Origin: Bacteroidia bacterium | GTDB lineage: Bacteria > Bacteroidota > Bacteroidia > Chitinophagales > Chitinophagaceae | DNA length: 64,000 bases | Reading direction: 5' to 3' | NCBI GenBank assembly: GCA_030426665.1 | Contig: JAUHYD010000004.1 | Location: 105,598 to 169,597, forward strand | Program-made: the position numbers and the translations under genes | In this document: positions 47,094-57,114 of the stretch, one piece after another | Layout of the letters: each line of letters starts with the position of its first letter | Position numbering within the stretch: position 1 is the stretch's first letter | Notes under the pieces: generated by a model | Database searches by the model: none | Told to the model about the DNA's origin: nothing | Seen by the model: the letters and a program-made list of their open reading frames with translations, nothing else

Positions 47094-49724
47094 CTACTGC
47101 AATACCACTTTCTGCACCACTCGTTCATTTTCATTTACCCATGCTACTATATATATTCCACGTGGCAACACCCTTGTATCAAATGAAGTGACTTTACCAT
47201 TGACCATCTTTTCAGCTACCCGAACACCAACCATATTCAGTACTTCCAACTTACCGCTAATATCTGGTGTCGAAACAGAAAGTTTGTCAGTTGCAGGATT
47301 TGGATAGACAAACATTGTTTGCTTTTGCGCCAATAAAGGAACCTGTGTCGGGCAAAGTGCAACGGACAATATCTTTATGTCAATACATCCCGCCGGAGAG
47401 ATGTAAGTAACATTTGTATTGCCTGTTGAGATTCCCAATGCTATTCCGGATGAGGGGTCTATGGTAGCGATGGAAGGGTCGTCCGTTGACCATGTTCCAC
47501 CTGTTACACTAGTGGTTAAATGTTTAGGAACACCTATACATGTATAACCGGAATGTCCGCCAATAATCGGGTTGCTGTTAACCCTGATAGATTTCGTCAC
47601 TCTGCAACTTGTTCCGGCATGGTAAAAAGCAATTTCCCATTCGCCCGGCGCGCTTCCATAATATTCGCCTGTACTTGTGTTGATTGTTGTGGGGCCAAAA
47701 TGCATATCTACCCAACTGCCGGAGCCACTACTTGTAAAGTTGACCGTATCTCCGGCACAAATTGAAGATGGGCCAACAATAGGGTTAGGTAATGTGTCAA
47801 CGTTTACAATCTTGGTGATTGTAGCGGTACCACACAAGCCACTATATGCATATGTGAATGTATCTATTCCGAAATAAACGGGAGTTACCACTCCGGCTGA
47901 GGATATTATTGCGCTGCTATTACTTGCAGTCCAAACCCCGCCTCTTGGGAAAGATACAATCTCGACCGTTGACCCCATGCAGACATTGTCCGGTCCGAAG
48001 ATTTCCGTGGGCACAGAGTGTACGTGTACGTTTGTAGCAGCTATGCAGCCTCCCAGCTTGTAGTAAACAGTAGCGATTCCCCTAGATACTCCTGTTACTA
48101 CGCCAGTTGACGCATCAATATTGATAAATAACGGCGAATGAGGGCTGCTCCATACCCCTCCGGAAATCGGGTGACTGAGGCTTGTGGAAGCACCTATGCA
48201 AATATCAGTAGTGCCGGTAATAGTGTCAGCGCAAAAGCTATTGAATTCATGAGCGCCAATATCCACTTTGGTACCAATAGTTCTATTAACATTATTATAC
48301 GCGGTATCGTGAAGAGACACCGAAGTAGTGTTGCCAGAATTTATGCAAGCGGATGAATCAGTCAATCCGAAATCCGCGTAAAGCGCATTCTCTGTGAAGC
48401 TTGATGTAAGGGTCGGTGAAATAAAATTTGGGTTAGCACCTACAATATTAGTCAGGGTATCGCTGTAAAATAAGAGGGCAGTATGTGGCATAAGGGTAAC
48501 TGACAAAGCTTGCTGTATCCAATTATTTTCAAAGATGTAGATGTCAACCAAGGAACTATAGTTTAAATTCGACAAAGCCCCTGTCCCTACAGTTTTATTG
48601 TTGTACAAAATGTTGTTCTTAGTAATAATTGTTTTGCCTTCAGAAAACACCTGAATGCCAGCAGCTTGTCCGGAAATTGAATTTGAAACGGAGTTATTGA
48701 CAATCGTGTTGTTCAGAATTTTTACGTTTGCATTAGCTACACAAATGCCACCCCCATAAAATCCGGTATAATTATTGGCTATCACATTATTTCTAATGGT
48801 AAAGTCAGAATAATCAACACTTGACCAGTTTTCTGAAAGACGAATACCTCCTCCTCCTTCTGTTAACCCACAAAAGCCGGAATTGCGATGTTCGTTGTTG
48901 CAAATGAGATTTCTGTTGACATCAATTTTACCACCGTATAACGTTATTGCCGCCACATCTTCCATGCTATTGTGGTGCACCTTATTATTTCTAATGGTTG
49001 CAAGAGTATTGCCTCCACTAAATATGGTTGCTCCGCCGTGCCCGGCTGAAGTGTTTTGGTAAAAGTCACAATTCTCTATCATGCATGTAGCAGATGGTGC
49101 AAGGGTGTAAGTTGAAATTGCGCATATGTTTCTATTGGAGACATTGTCATGAACAATACAAAAATCCATTTGTTTACTAGTTGACATATCTAAGTTGATG
49201 ACTGCCAGAGTTGCGTAATTGTCATAAATGTCGCAATGCCTAAAGCGAACCTCACCTGTAATTGTCAGCAAGTAAATTCCCGCAGTGCAATGGCTAAAGC
49301 TACAGGAGTTGATGTCTAATTTGCGTCCAACTTTAATGTTGAACTGTCCGTCTCCTTTTATGTAAGAAAGGTCACAATAGTCAAATTCCGACAAATCCGA
49401 CGCTCCGGCGGCGGAATCCTCGAAGGTAATTCCCGACCAACCTAATAAAGTATCTGCGGGACGAAACTTAACCGGCAACCCAGACGTACCGGCAGCTCTA
49501 AGTGAGCCGAAAACACTGAGTTTGTATGCTCCCTGAAAAATAACATCTACACCGGGGTCTATTTGCAGTGTCTGACCTGATGCAATTGAAATATTATTGA
49601 ATATTCGATAGGGCGAGCCCGCCATAGTCCAATGACCGAAAACATCCGAAGAGGTAATGTCTGTAGCTGCAAATAAATTTATTGATAAAACAAACAGGGA
49701 TATAAAAATGACCAATTTTTTCAT
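47094..49724 (-). CDS. T9SS-secreted protein: parallel beta-helix domain, Ig-like (Big_2-type) repeats and CTD
   Basis: Signal peptide, N-rich beta-helix rungs (IRNNVIANN, ILNNTIVNN), about 4 repeats of I.G...C.G......GG.W.S and C-terminal VYPNPAT...GIYIV. Confidence 0.8.
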   Translation of the reverse strand: MKKLVIFISLFVLSINLFAATDITSSDVFGHWTMAGSPYRIFNNISIASGQTLQIDPGVDVIFQGAYKLSVFGSLRAAGTSGLPVKFRPADTLLGWSGITFEDSAAGASDLSEFDYCDLSYIKGDGQFNIKVGRKLDINSCSFSHCTAGIYLLTITGEVRFRHCDIYDNYATLAVINLDMSTSKQMDFCIVHDNVSNRNICAISTYTLAPSATCMIENCDFYQNTSAGHGGATIFSGGNTLATIRNNKVHHNSMEDVAAITLYGGKIDVNRNLICNNEHRNSGFCGLTEGGGGIRLSENWSSVDYSDFTIRNNVIANNYTGFYGGGICVANANVKILNNTIVNNSVSNSISGQAAGIQVFSEGKTIITKNNILYNNKTVGTGALSNLNYSSLVDIYIFENNWIQQALSVTLMPHTALLFYSDTLTNIVGANPNFISPTLTSSFTENALYADFGLTDSSACINSGNTTSVSLHDTAYNNVNRTIGTKVDIGAHEFNSFCADTITGTTDICIGASTSLSHPISGGVWSSPHSPLFINIDASTGVVTGVSRGIATVYYKLGGCIAATNVHVHSVPTEIFGPDNVCMGSTVEIVSFPRGGVWTASNSSAIISSAGVVTPVYFGIDTFTYAYSGLCGTATITKIVNVDTLPNPIVGPSSICAGDTVNFTSSGSGSWVDMHFGPTTINTSTGEYYGSAPGEWEIAFYHAGTSCRVTKSIRVNSNPIIGGHSGYTCIGVPKHLTTSVTGGTWSTDDPSIATIDPSSGIALGISTGNTNVTYISPAGCIDIKILSVALCPTQVPLLAQKQTMFVYPNPATDKLSVSTPDISGKLEVLNMVGVRVAEKMVNGKVTSFDTRVLPRGIYIVAWVNENERVVQKVVLQ

Positions 49725-49932
49725 AAGGTTATTTTAAGGGTTTTCGAAATGGGGCAATTTATATATCCAAATTACGAATTAATTAGGAACAAAACCACAT
49801 TTTTACATATAACCAAAACTGTACCAAAATAAGGACCTGACATTCTGTAAGTAGCATGTCAGTTAGTTGTATCCTCAAATAAGTGTACTATTTACCATGT
49901 ACCCCGCACTTTCAAAGTAAAATGACAGACGT

Positions 49933-49962
49933 AAAAAAGCCCAAGAGAACATTCCCTTGGGC
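49933..49962 (-). terminator. Intrinsic terminator after dps
   Basis: GCCCAAG...CTTGGGC stem preceded on the + strand by AAAAAA (a U-tract on the - strand). Confidence 0.8.
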
Positions 49963-49988
49963 GATACAAAAAGTGTAATATTATTGCA

Positions 49989-50465
49989 CTACCTACTCAT
50001 GAATGCAGAATACATCCAGACAAGTTTTTCCTGTGCGGCTATGTAATCGCTCATCAATGCATTTGTTCCTTCGTCACCGGCATCGGCAGAAAGCTCAAGT
50101 AATTCGCGTTGCAGGCCAATTACTATCCTAAACGAGTTCAGAATATCGTTGACTGCTTTCGTTCCGTCCGATACTTCTTTGCTTTCCACAATTTTGGAAA
50201 CAGTATTATACTCTGAGTAGTTGTGTGTAGGGTTGTGGCCAAGTGTAAGTATGCGTTCGGCAACTTCATCTATTTTAACTATCAGGTCGGTGTACAGCTC
50301 TTCGAATTTTACATGGAGTTCGAAAAACTTCTCTCCCTTTATGTTCCAGTGATAGCCTCTTGTATTCTGATAAAATACGGAATAGTTAGCCAACAATTCA
50401 TTCAACTTCTTTGCTAAGTTTTCACATTTTCCAATGTCCAATCCTATCGCATTTGTATTCGTCAT
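49989..50465 (-). CDS. dps: DNA starvation/stationary phase protection protein Dps
   Basis: YHWNIKG..FFELH..FEELY, DEVAERILTLG and EKLVWM. Confidence 0.95.
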   Translation of the reverse strand: MTNTNAIGLDIGKCENLAKKLNELLANYSVFYQNTRGYHWNIKGEKFFELHVKFEELYTDLIVKIDEVAERILTLGHNPTHNYSEYNTVSKIVESKEVSDGTKAVNDILNSFRIVIGLQRELLELSADAGDEGTNALMSDYIAAQEKLVWMYSAFMSR

Positions 50466-50611
50466 AACTATTGTTTTGGTCTGTTACAAAGATAAGAAAT
50501 GCAAAGTGCAAAGGTTATGGCTATCATCAACCTGCATATAGACAGAACATATAAAGTGCCACTATTTCAGGTCAAATAGAGGTAACGAAATTAGTAACGA
50601 CGACTACCTTT

Positions 50612-52186
50612 TTACTTTAGCTTTTGGGGGTTTACAAGGTGTTCATACTTCTCCGTATAGTTTTCTTGCAGCATGCTGCCTTCTTTTATGTACGGATAGG
50701 AAATGGCATAGCTCTCTGTATGTACAGGTGTCAGTCTACGGTGAATATGATGACGCTGTAAATCATCGGGGTGACCAATGCCTGATGCGCCCATGAGCTC
50801 AATGGCACTACTGACCGTCTGGTTGTGGTAATTTGCTACCCTTACTTTTTTCTCTTTTACAACGAGCCCTCCCATCAGATAGTCATTTTGTGTGGCAACA
50901 CCTACCGGGCAGGTATTCTTGTTGCACTCCAGTGCCTGAATACAACCCAATGCCATCATCATACCCCGTGCGCTGTTGCACATATCTGCACCAATCGCGA
51001 AGTTCTTAATCATTTCGAATCCGTTGGTAACCTTTCCGGAAGCAATTACCTTGATGTGTTTTCTAACACCGAATCCGGTTAACATATCCAATACAAGTAC
51101 CAGAGCATCTCTCAATGGCATGCCTACCGAGTCAGAGAACTCCATAGGTGCGGCACCTGTACCGCCTTCGCCACCATCTACAGTTATAAAGTCCGGATAT
51201 ATTTCTGTGCTTACCATTGCTTTGCATATAGCGACGAACTCTTCCGGATGACCAACACACAGCTTGAAGCCAACAGGCTTACCACCGGATAACGTTCTGA
51301 TTCTTCTGATAAAAGCCAACATTTCCTCTGGTGTGCTGAACGCCGAATGACCCGGAGGGGAGACAACATCTTTGTGCGGCTCCAGTAACCGAATCCGAGC
51401 AATCTCTTTGGTAACCTTTGCGGCGGGCAGTATGCCGCCATGTCCGGGTTTTGCTCCCTGCGACAGCTTTATCTCTATCATCTTTACCTGCGGAAGTATT
51501 GCCCGCTCCCTAAACGCGTCGTCATTGAAAGTTCCATCGGAGTTGCGACAACCGAAGTAACCTGTTCCGATTTGCCAAATGATGTCGCCACCAGGTTTGA
51601 GGTGGTGGTCGCTCAGTCCTCCCTCGCCGGTATTGTGTGCGAAGTTTCCGATTTTAGCTCCTTCGTTTAATGCAAGAATTGCATTCTTACTGAGCGAACC
51701 AAAGCTCATAGCAGATATATTAAATACGCTGGCAGAATAAGGTTGTGTACATTCTGATCCGCCAACCAATACGCGAGGGTCTTCGTTGAGCATTTCATGT
51801 TTCAGTGGCGACAAGCTATGACTCAACCACTCGTAGCCGACTTTGTAAACATTTCCCTGCGTTCCGAATGGCATGGTATCATCCAGCATTTTTGCCCGAC
51901 GATATATCTGGCTTCTCACCAGTCTGTCAAACGGTTTCCCTCCTGTGTCGGTCTCAATGAAGTACTGGTGTATTTCCGGACGGAGCGATTCAAGCATATA
52001 CCGCATGTGACCAATAACGGGGAAGTTCCTGAGTATGGTATGCTTAGTCTGGAACAAGTCGTACACACCAATTGCAACAACAGGGAGAATAATGAGAAAC
52101 AACCAGTTAAGCGGTTTCCACCACACTCCTAGTAATGCAAGACCAATAATTACTAACGCTGAAAAGAAAAGAAATCTGTTTTTCAA
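50612..52186 (-). CDS. FMN-binding glutamate synthase family protein
   Basis: NISAMSFGSLS, NTGEGG, EIKLSQGAKPGHGG and CNKNTCPVGVATQ. Confidence 0.92.
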   Translation of the reverse strand: MKNRFLFFSALVIIGLALLGVWWKPLNWLFLIILPVVAIGVYDLFQTKHTILRNFPVIGHMRYMLESLRPEIHQYFIETDTGGKPFDRLVRSQIYRRAKMLDDTMPFGTQGNVYKVGYEWLSHSLSPLKHEMLNEDPRVLVGGSECTQPYSASVFNISAMSFGSLSKNAILALNEGAKIGNFAHNTGEGGLSDHHLKPGGDIIWQIGTGYFGCRNSDGTFNDDAFRERAILPQVKMIEIKLSQGAKPGHGGILPAAKVTKEIARIRLLEPHKDVVSPPGHSAFSTPEEMLAFIRRIRTLSGGKPVGFKLCVGHPEEFVAICKAMVSTEIYPDFITVDGGEGGTGAAPMEFSDSVGMPLRDALVLVLDMLTGFGVRKHIKVIASGKVTNGFEMIKNFAIGADMCNSARGMMMALGCIQALECNKNTCPVGVATQNDYLMGGLVVKEKKVRVANYHNQTVSSAIELMGASGIGHPDDLQRHHIHRRLTPVHTESYAISYPYIKEGSMLQENYTEKYEHLVNPQKLK

Positions 52187-52470
52187 AATTGATTGTGTTT
52201 TTTATAAAGGTAGCCAATGATAGACGGATAGCCATGTGTGAGTGATATTGACACAATAGTGTTACACACAACAAATAAGCAGATAAAAGCAGCAGTAGTC
52301 ACATTTGCTGTACAGTATAACTTTTGTCACAGCCTTTCCCAGAGACACACCCGATAGGGTATATTATTTTCACTGCTATGAATGCACACATGTGGCGATG
52401 GTAGGCACATACGTCGTCAGCATTTTTTAAGTCACGACAGCCGTGCGTGGGGACTATCCGATATACACTA

Positions 52471-53505
52471 TCAAGAATTTTCCTTATTCCTGACAATCTT
52501 CATAATGCGGCTGTAAATGATTTCCGCTAAATTCCAGTCATATCCATCAAAGTTGGTTGTGTTATTAAATTGAATAACAACAGCATCTATGTCTTTGTGG
52601 TATTTTGCGATACTCTGGTAGCCAACAACGAGACCAGTATGTTCGTAGACATATATGGAAGAATAAATTTCCTGTTCGCCTTCATCGAATACTGAACCAT
52701 CGTTTAACGCTCTCAAAAATATACCTACATCCTCTGCTGTAGCTAACATTCCTTTTCCATCAGTCTTAAAGTCGGTATCCAGCCCAACGTAGTAGCCACT
52801 CATTACATCATCTATATTTACTTCACTTAGCGAACTGAAAGTGTGTTTCAGTCCGAGTGGTATCAGAATCTTTTCTTTGATATATTGGTGGTGACTATAA
52901 CCCAATACCTTATCAATGATTTTGGCAAGCAACAGATAGTTGGTGTTTGAGTATTCATAATCTTCGCCGGGCTCAAAGCTGGTCGGCATTTCGGTTGCTA
53001 AAGCAAGTGCTTCTTCGCTGCTGTATGGTCGGTTGTCCCAATAAGTAGGATGATTGATGTAGTTGGGTATTCCACTCCTATGCTGCACCATCAGCTTTAA
53101 GGTGATTTTTTCGGCATGCTTTATTCTTCCTTTAAGTTCGGGTAGGTAGTCTGCGAGCGTTTTGTCCAGAGACAAGTGATCGTCACTGACTAATTTGGCG
53201 ATAGCAACGGCAACATATAGCTTGCTGATACTGGCAATCCTGAATAATGCATCGGGGCGGGCGGGGATTTTGTTTTTTCGGTCGTGCCAGCCGGCAGCAT
53301 AGAACTCCGGAGGTTTGCCGGCCTGGTCAACATAAACAATCATTCCATCAAAGCCAAGTTCTATGGCTTCATTAACCTGCTCCTGAAGAGTATCGGGTAG
53401 TGGTAGTATCCATGCCTTTACCAATATCCAGGGAACCAATGACAGTGAGGATATACTTAACAGTATAAATATAATTCTGAGTATCCGTTTTGCTTTTTTC
53501 GTCAT
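52471..53505 (-). CDS. Serine hydrolase, beta-lactamase / PBP fold
   Basis: SxxK (IASISK) and YxN (YSNTNY), with an N-terminal TM segment. Start set to ATG 53505. Confidence 0.88.
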   Translation of the reverse strand: MTKKAKRILRIIFILLSISSLSLVPWILVKAWILPLPDTLQEQVNEAIELGFDGMIVYVDQAGKPPEFYAAGWHDRKNKIPARPDALFRIASISKLYVAVAIAKLVSDDHLSLDKTLADYLPELKGRIKHAEKITLKLMVQHRSGIPNYINHPTYWDNRPYSSEEALALATEMPTSFEPGEDYEYSNTNYLLLAKIIDKVLGYSHHQYIKEKILIPLGLKHTFSSLSEVNIDDVMSGYYVGLDTDFKTDGKGMLATAEDVGIFLRALNDGSVFDEGEQEIYSSIYVYEHTGLVVGYQSIAKYHKDIDAVVIQFNNTTNFDGYDWNLAEIIYSRIMKIVRNKENS

Positions 53506-53794
53506 TATGCTTTTTAAAAGTGACAAATACGATTCAAGCCGCTGTTGTGAGTAACTATCTAAATCGCATTAACCTGCTTTAATCCATGGGTTACATAGCA
53601 AGTATAATACATTCATAGATTATTTTCAATGTTGTTGCTGCTTCTGTCGCTTGAGAGGGGGAGTTGTGTGCATCGTAAACAAGACGCTTCGACTAGATAG
53701 GCTTTAGTTGCAAACAAGGAGTAGAGGAGTACGAATGTCGCTTTATCTTAGACAGAGTTTGCACTGAACGTACGGAATTGCGTAATTTTACATT

Positions 53795-54922
53795 ATGAGT
53801 TCAGAAATAGCTGTACAAAACAATATACTTGCATGGGCAATACACCGTGCAGGGTTTGATTTGCAGACATTTACTGAAAAACACCCTAATGTTGGAAAAT
53901 GGTTGAAAGGCGAAAAGAATCCAACGGTAAAACAATTGGAAGACTTTTCTAAGCAAGTGTATTTGCCATTTGGTTACCTATTATTAAAAGAACCTCCCAA
54001 AGAAAAGATGCCAATTCCATTCTTTAGGACAAACAATACTCAGGCGACAGAAATAAGTATAAATATTTACGATACGGTTCTGCTCATGCAGCAACGGCAA
54101 GGGTGGCTAAAGGAGTACTTGAAAGATAACGATTTTGAAATACTGCCTTTTGTAGGGAAGTTCTCAAACAGCACTAAAGTAAAAGATATTGTTAATGACA
54201 TAAGAGAAACTTTAGGGTTACCAGAAAGTTGGGCAAGTCATTTTAAGACTTGGTATGAAGCTCAAGATCATTTGGTAACACACATTGAAGACAGTGGGAT
54301 TGTTACCGTTTTTAATGGCGTTGTCGAGAATAACGGTCATCGAAAAATACCTGTCAATGAATGTCGTGGTTTTGTCTTAGTAGATGAAATAGCACCTTTC
54401 ATGTTCATTAATAATGCAGATTACAAATCTGCGCAAATGTTCACAATTGCACATGAACTTGCTCATATCTGGATAGGTCATAGTGCTGGTTTTGACTATG
54501 CTGAAATGTTACCGGCGAATGATCCCATTGAACGATTATGCGACAAAGTTGCTGCCGAGTTTTTAGTTCCGGAGGACACTTTTGTTGAAGTTTGGCAAGA
54601 AAAACCAAATATTAAAGATGTCGCTCGATTTTTCAAAGTAAGTGAAATAGTCATAGCTCGTAGAGCGTTAGATATTGGCGTAATGACTAAACGTCAGTTT
54701 TTAAATTTCTATGAAGCATATGCTAATCGTGAATTTACAAAGAAGGAAAGTCAAGCTGGAGGAGGCGACTTTTATGCTACAACAAAAAAGAGGCTAAGTA
54801 TTACATTCGCATCTCATATTAATAATGCTGTAAAGTCAGGTGTGCTGCTATATCGTGATGCATATAAACTAACCGGTTTAAAAGGAGATACATTCCAAAA
54901 CTTCTTCTCAAAGCATTTTTAG
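53795..54922 (+). CDS. XRE-HTH plus ImmA/IrrE (M78) Zn-metallopeptidase
   Basis: HTH (VGKWLKGEKNPTVKQLEDFS), CRGFVL, FTIAHELAH (HExxH) and CDKVAAEFLVP. Confidence 0.9.
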   Translation: MSSEIAVQNNILAWAIHRAGFDLQTFTEKHPNVGKWLKGEKNPTVKQLEDFSKQVYLPFGYLLLKEPPKEKMPIPFFRTNNTQATEISINIYDTVLLMQQRQGWLKEYLKDNDFEILPFVGKFSNSTKVKDIVNDIRETLGLPESWASHFKTWYEAQDHLVTHIEDSGIVTVFNGVVENNGHRKIPVNECRGFVLVDEIAPFMFINNADYKSAQMFTIAHELAHIWIGHSAGFDYAEMLPANDPIERLCDKVAAEFLVPEDTFVEVWQEKPNIKDVARFFKVSEIVIARRALDIGVMTKRQFLNFYEAYANREFTKKESQAGGGDFYATTKKRLSITFASHINNAVKSGVLLYRDAYKLTGLKGDTFQNFFSKHF

Positions 54923-54927
54923 TTACT

Positions 54928-55425
54928 ATGGGTGTATACGTTATTGATAGTAACTTTTTAATACAAGCCCATCGGGTTAGCTACCCATTAGATATTGCTG
55001 TTAGCTTTTGGAATAAAGTTAAATTACTAGCCGCCGCCGGTAAAATTATAAGCATAGATAAGGTGAAAAGGGAGATTTTTGGAAAGAATGACGCACTAGA
55101 GGCATGGTGTATTGAAAATTTACCCAATGATTTTTTTAAGGATACCACTAGTGTAATGCAATCATACAATACGGTTGTGACATGGGCATTAGACACCCCG
55201 AGATACTCTCAAGCTGCTTTGAACGAGTTTTTAAGTGCTGATGAAGCAGACGCTTTTATCGTTGCTTTTGCTTTAGATAACTTAGGAAATAGAGTTGTAG
55301 TCACTCAGGAAAAAAGTCGGCCCGAAATGAAAAGAAAAGTAAAAATACCGGAGGCTTGTGATGCAGTAGGTATTCGCTACGTCGATACTATTGAAATGCT
55401 CAGGGAATTAGGCGAAACCTTCTAG
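54928..55425 (+). CDS. DUF4411 family PIN-like protein
   Basis: YVIDSNFLI, FLSADEADAFIVAFA, VVTQE and KVKIPEAC. Starts 5 nt after the peptidase gene. Confidence 0.85.
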   Translation: MGVYVIDSNFLIQAHRVSYPLDIAVSFWNKVKLLAAAGKIISIDKVKREIFGKNDALEAWCIENLPNDFFKDTTSVMQSYNTVVTWALDTPRYSQAALNEFLSADEADAFIVAFALDNLGNRVVVTQEKSRPEMKRKVKIPEACDAVGIRYVDTIEMLRELGETF

Positions 55426-55501
55426 CTCACACACTCTCTCTATTATTCCATTCCCCCCACCCCACAATTATTTTCCTAACTTAGCTGCACAAGTATAGTA
55501 T

Positions 55502-56524
55502 ATGATATACAGGAGTAAGGCACCGCTACGGATAGGGCTGGCAGGTGGTGGTACGGATGTAAGCCCTTATTGTGACCTATATGGAGGGGCCATACTTAAT
55601 GCCACTATCTCGCTATATGCCTACGCTACCATAGAACCATTGGAGGAGGCTCAGGTAATAATTAATGCATTAGACAGGGGCGAAAGTGCTACCTATGATA
55701 TGGCGGACAATTTGCCGATAGATGGTAATCTGGACCTCGCGACGGGTGTGTATAATCACATAGTTGCTAAGTACGGTCCTGTGCCATCGGGCTTCCGGAT
55801 TACTACGGTTGTGGATGCGCCTGCAGGGTCAGGGTTAGGGAGTTCGTCAACGCTTGTGGTTGCCATCATAGGTGTGTTTGCAGAGTGGCTGAACCTGCCT
55901 CTTGGCGAATATGACATCGCACAGATGGCTTATGATATAGAGCGGGTAGAACTATCAATGGCGGGCGGTAAACAAGACCAATACGCTGCTACCTTTGGCG
56001 GGGTGAATTTTATGGAGTTTTATGAAGGCAATAAGGTAATCGTGAACCCGCTACGCATAAAGCCTGAATACCTATATGAGCTTGAAAATAACCTGTTGCT
56101 GTATTTTACAGCGACCAGCAGGCTATCGAGTACCATCATAGAGGCGCAAAGCAAAAATGTGACCGACAAAAACACGAAGTCGATAGATGCCATGCACCAA
56201 CTAAAGGAGCAGGCACAGATGATGAAGGAAGCCATGCTGAAGGGTAACATACACGACATAGGTCGTATTCTGGATTATGGCTTTCAGTTTAAGAAGCAAA
56301 TGGCAAGCGGTATCTCTAATGATTCGCTTGATGAAACATACGATGCTGCGCTTAAAGCCGGTGCAACCGGTGGCAAAATATCCGGTGCCGGTGGTGGCGG
56401 TTTTATGATGTTTTATTGTCCTGCCAATACAAGGTTTGACGTAATAAAGACCTTGGAACGCTTCGGAGGTAGCTTTAGTGCTTATCGATTTACGGAGCGG
56501 GGAATGGTGAGCTGGAGGATATGA
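55502..56524 (+). CDS. hddA: GHMP kinase, D-glycero-alpha-D-manno-heptose-7-phosphate kinase-like
   Basis: APLRIGLAGGGTD, GSGLGSSS, GGKQDQYAA and GGKISGAGGGG. Confidence 0.75.
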   Translation: MIYRSKAPLRIGLAGGGTDVSPYCDLYGGAILNATISLYAYATIEPLEEAQVIINALDRGESATYDMADNLPIDGNLDLATGVYNHIVAKYGPVPSGFRITTVVDAPAGSGLGSSSTLVVAIIGVFAEWLNLPLGEYDIAQMAYDIERVELSMAGGKQDQYAATFGGVNFMEFYEGNKVIVNPLRIKPEYLYELENNLLLYFTATSRLSSTIIEAQSKNVTDKNTKSIDAMHQLKEQAQMMKEAMLKGNIHDIGRILDYGFQFKKQMASGISNDSLDETYDAALKAGATGGKISGAGGGGFMMFYCPANTRFDVIKTLERFGGSFSAYRFTERGMVSWRI

Positions 56525-56531
56525 AGTATGC

Positions 56532-57054
56532 GGAATTAGGGATTGGTTGATTGGGAATCGTGGATAGGTTAACCAAACATGCCAAATTCAAAATTTCTAT
56601 TATGCCTTAATCAAATCAATTTTTAAAGTATGATTGATACGTTCAACCACCAAATTCCCAATACCCCAATTAACTAATAACCACAATGCTACAAGTATCA
56701 TTACACGGAATAGAAATACATGCACCTATCGGGTTGTATCCGGAGGAAAAGGTACATGGTAATATGTTTGAGACAAACGTAGATATATGGCTGCCGGATG
56801 AGCAGCCATGGCCGTTTGCCGACTATACCGAGGTAAATAAGGTGGTCAATGATGTATTTGCTAAGGGCGGGGATTTGCTGGAAGCCGTAGTTTATGATAT
56901 ACATACATCGTTGAAAACCCTGTTTCCCTTTGCCGAAAAGGTACGGGTACAGGTAAAGAAGTTAAAACCACCTATGCCGGGAGCTGTCGGGTACGCTGCA
57001 GTGGTGTATGAAAGTTAGGAATTGGGAATTGGCCGATTTGGAATTAGGATTGGG
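56532..57054. repeat. Short degenerate GGAATT(A/G)GG-type intergenic repeats flanking folB
   Basis: GGAATTAGGGATTGG..ATTGGGAAT (56532-56558), an inverted ATTCCCAATACCCCAATT (about 56654-56671) and GGAATTGGGAATTGG..GGAATTAGGATTGGG (57018-57054). Confidence 0.5.
56686..57018 (+). CDS. folB: Dihydroneopterin aldolase
   Basis: HAPIGLYPEE...GNMF, ADYTEV, LLEAV and VKKLKPP. Confidence 0.88.
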   Translation: MLQVSLHGIEIHAPIGLYPEEKVHGNMFETNVDIWLPDEQPWPFADYTEVNKVVNDVFAKGGDLLEAVVYDIHTSLKTLFPFAEKVRVQVKKLKPPMPGAVGYAAVVYES

Positions 57055-57114
57055 CGGTCTTTCCGGTGATTTTTTAACTTTTGTGTTACCCCCCTATTCA
57101 GTTATATTTGCTTC

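Noticed and set aside
50495-50552. OxyR site upstream of dps
   Set aside because: CTAT/ATAG blocks are present, but the spacing fits the ATAG-N7-CTAT repeat only partly. Plausible but unsupported.
52299-52496. 65-aa minus-strand ORF between the serine hydrolase and the glutamate synthase family gene
   Set aside because: It has no recognisable motif, atypical composition and overlaps the upstream gene end. Probably spurious.
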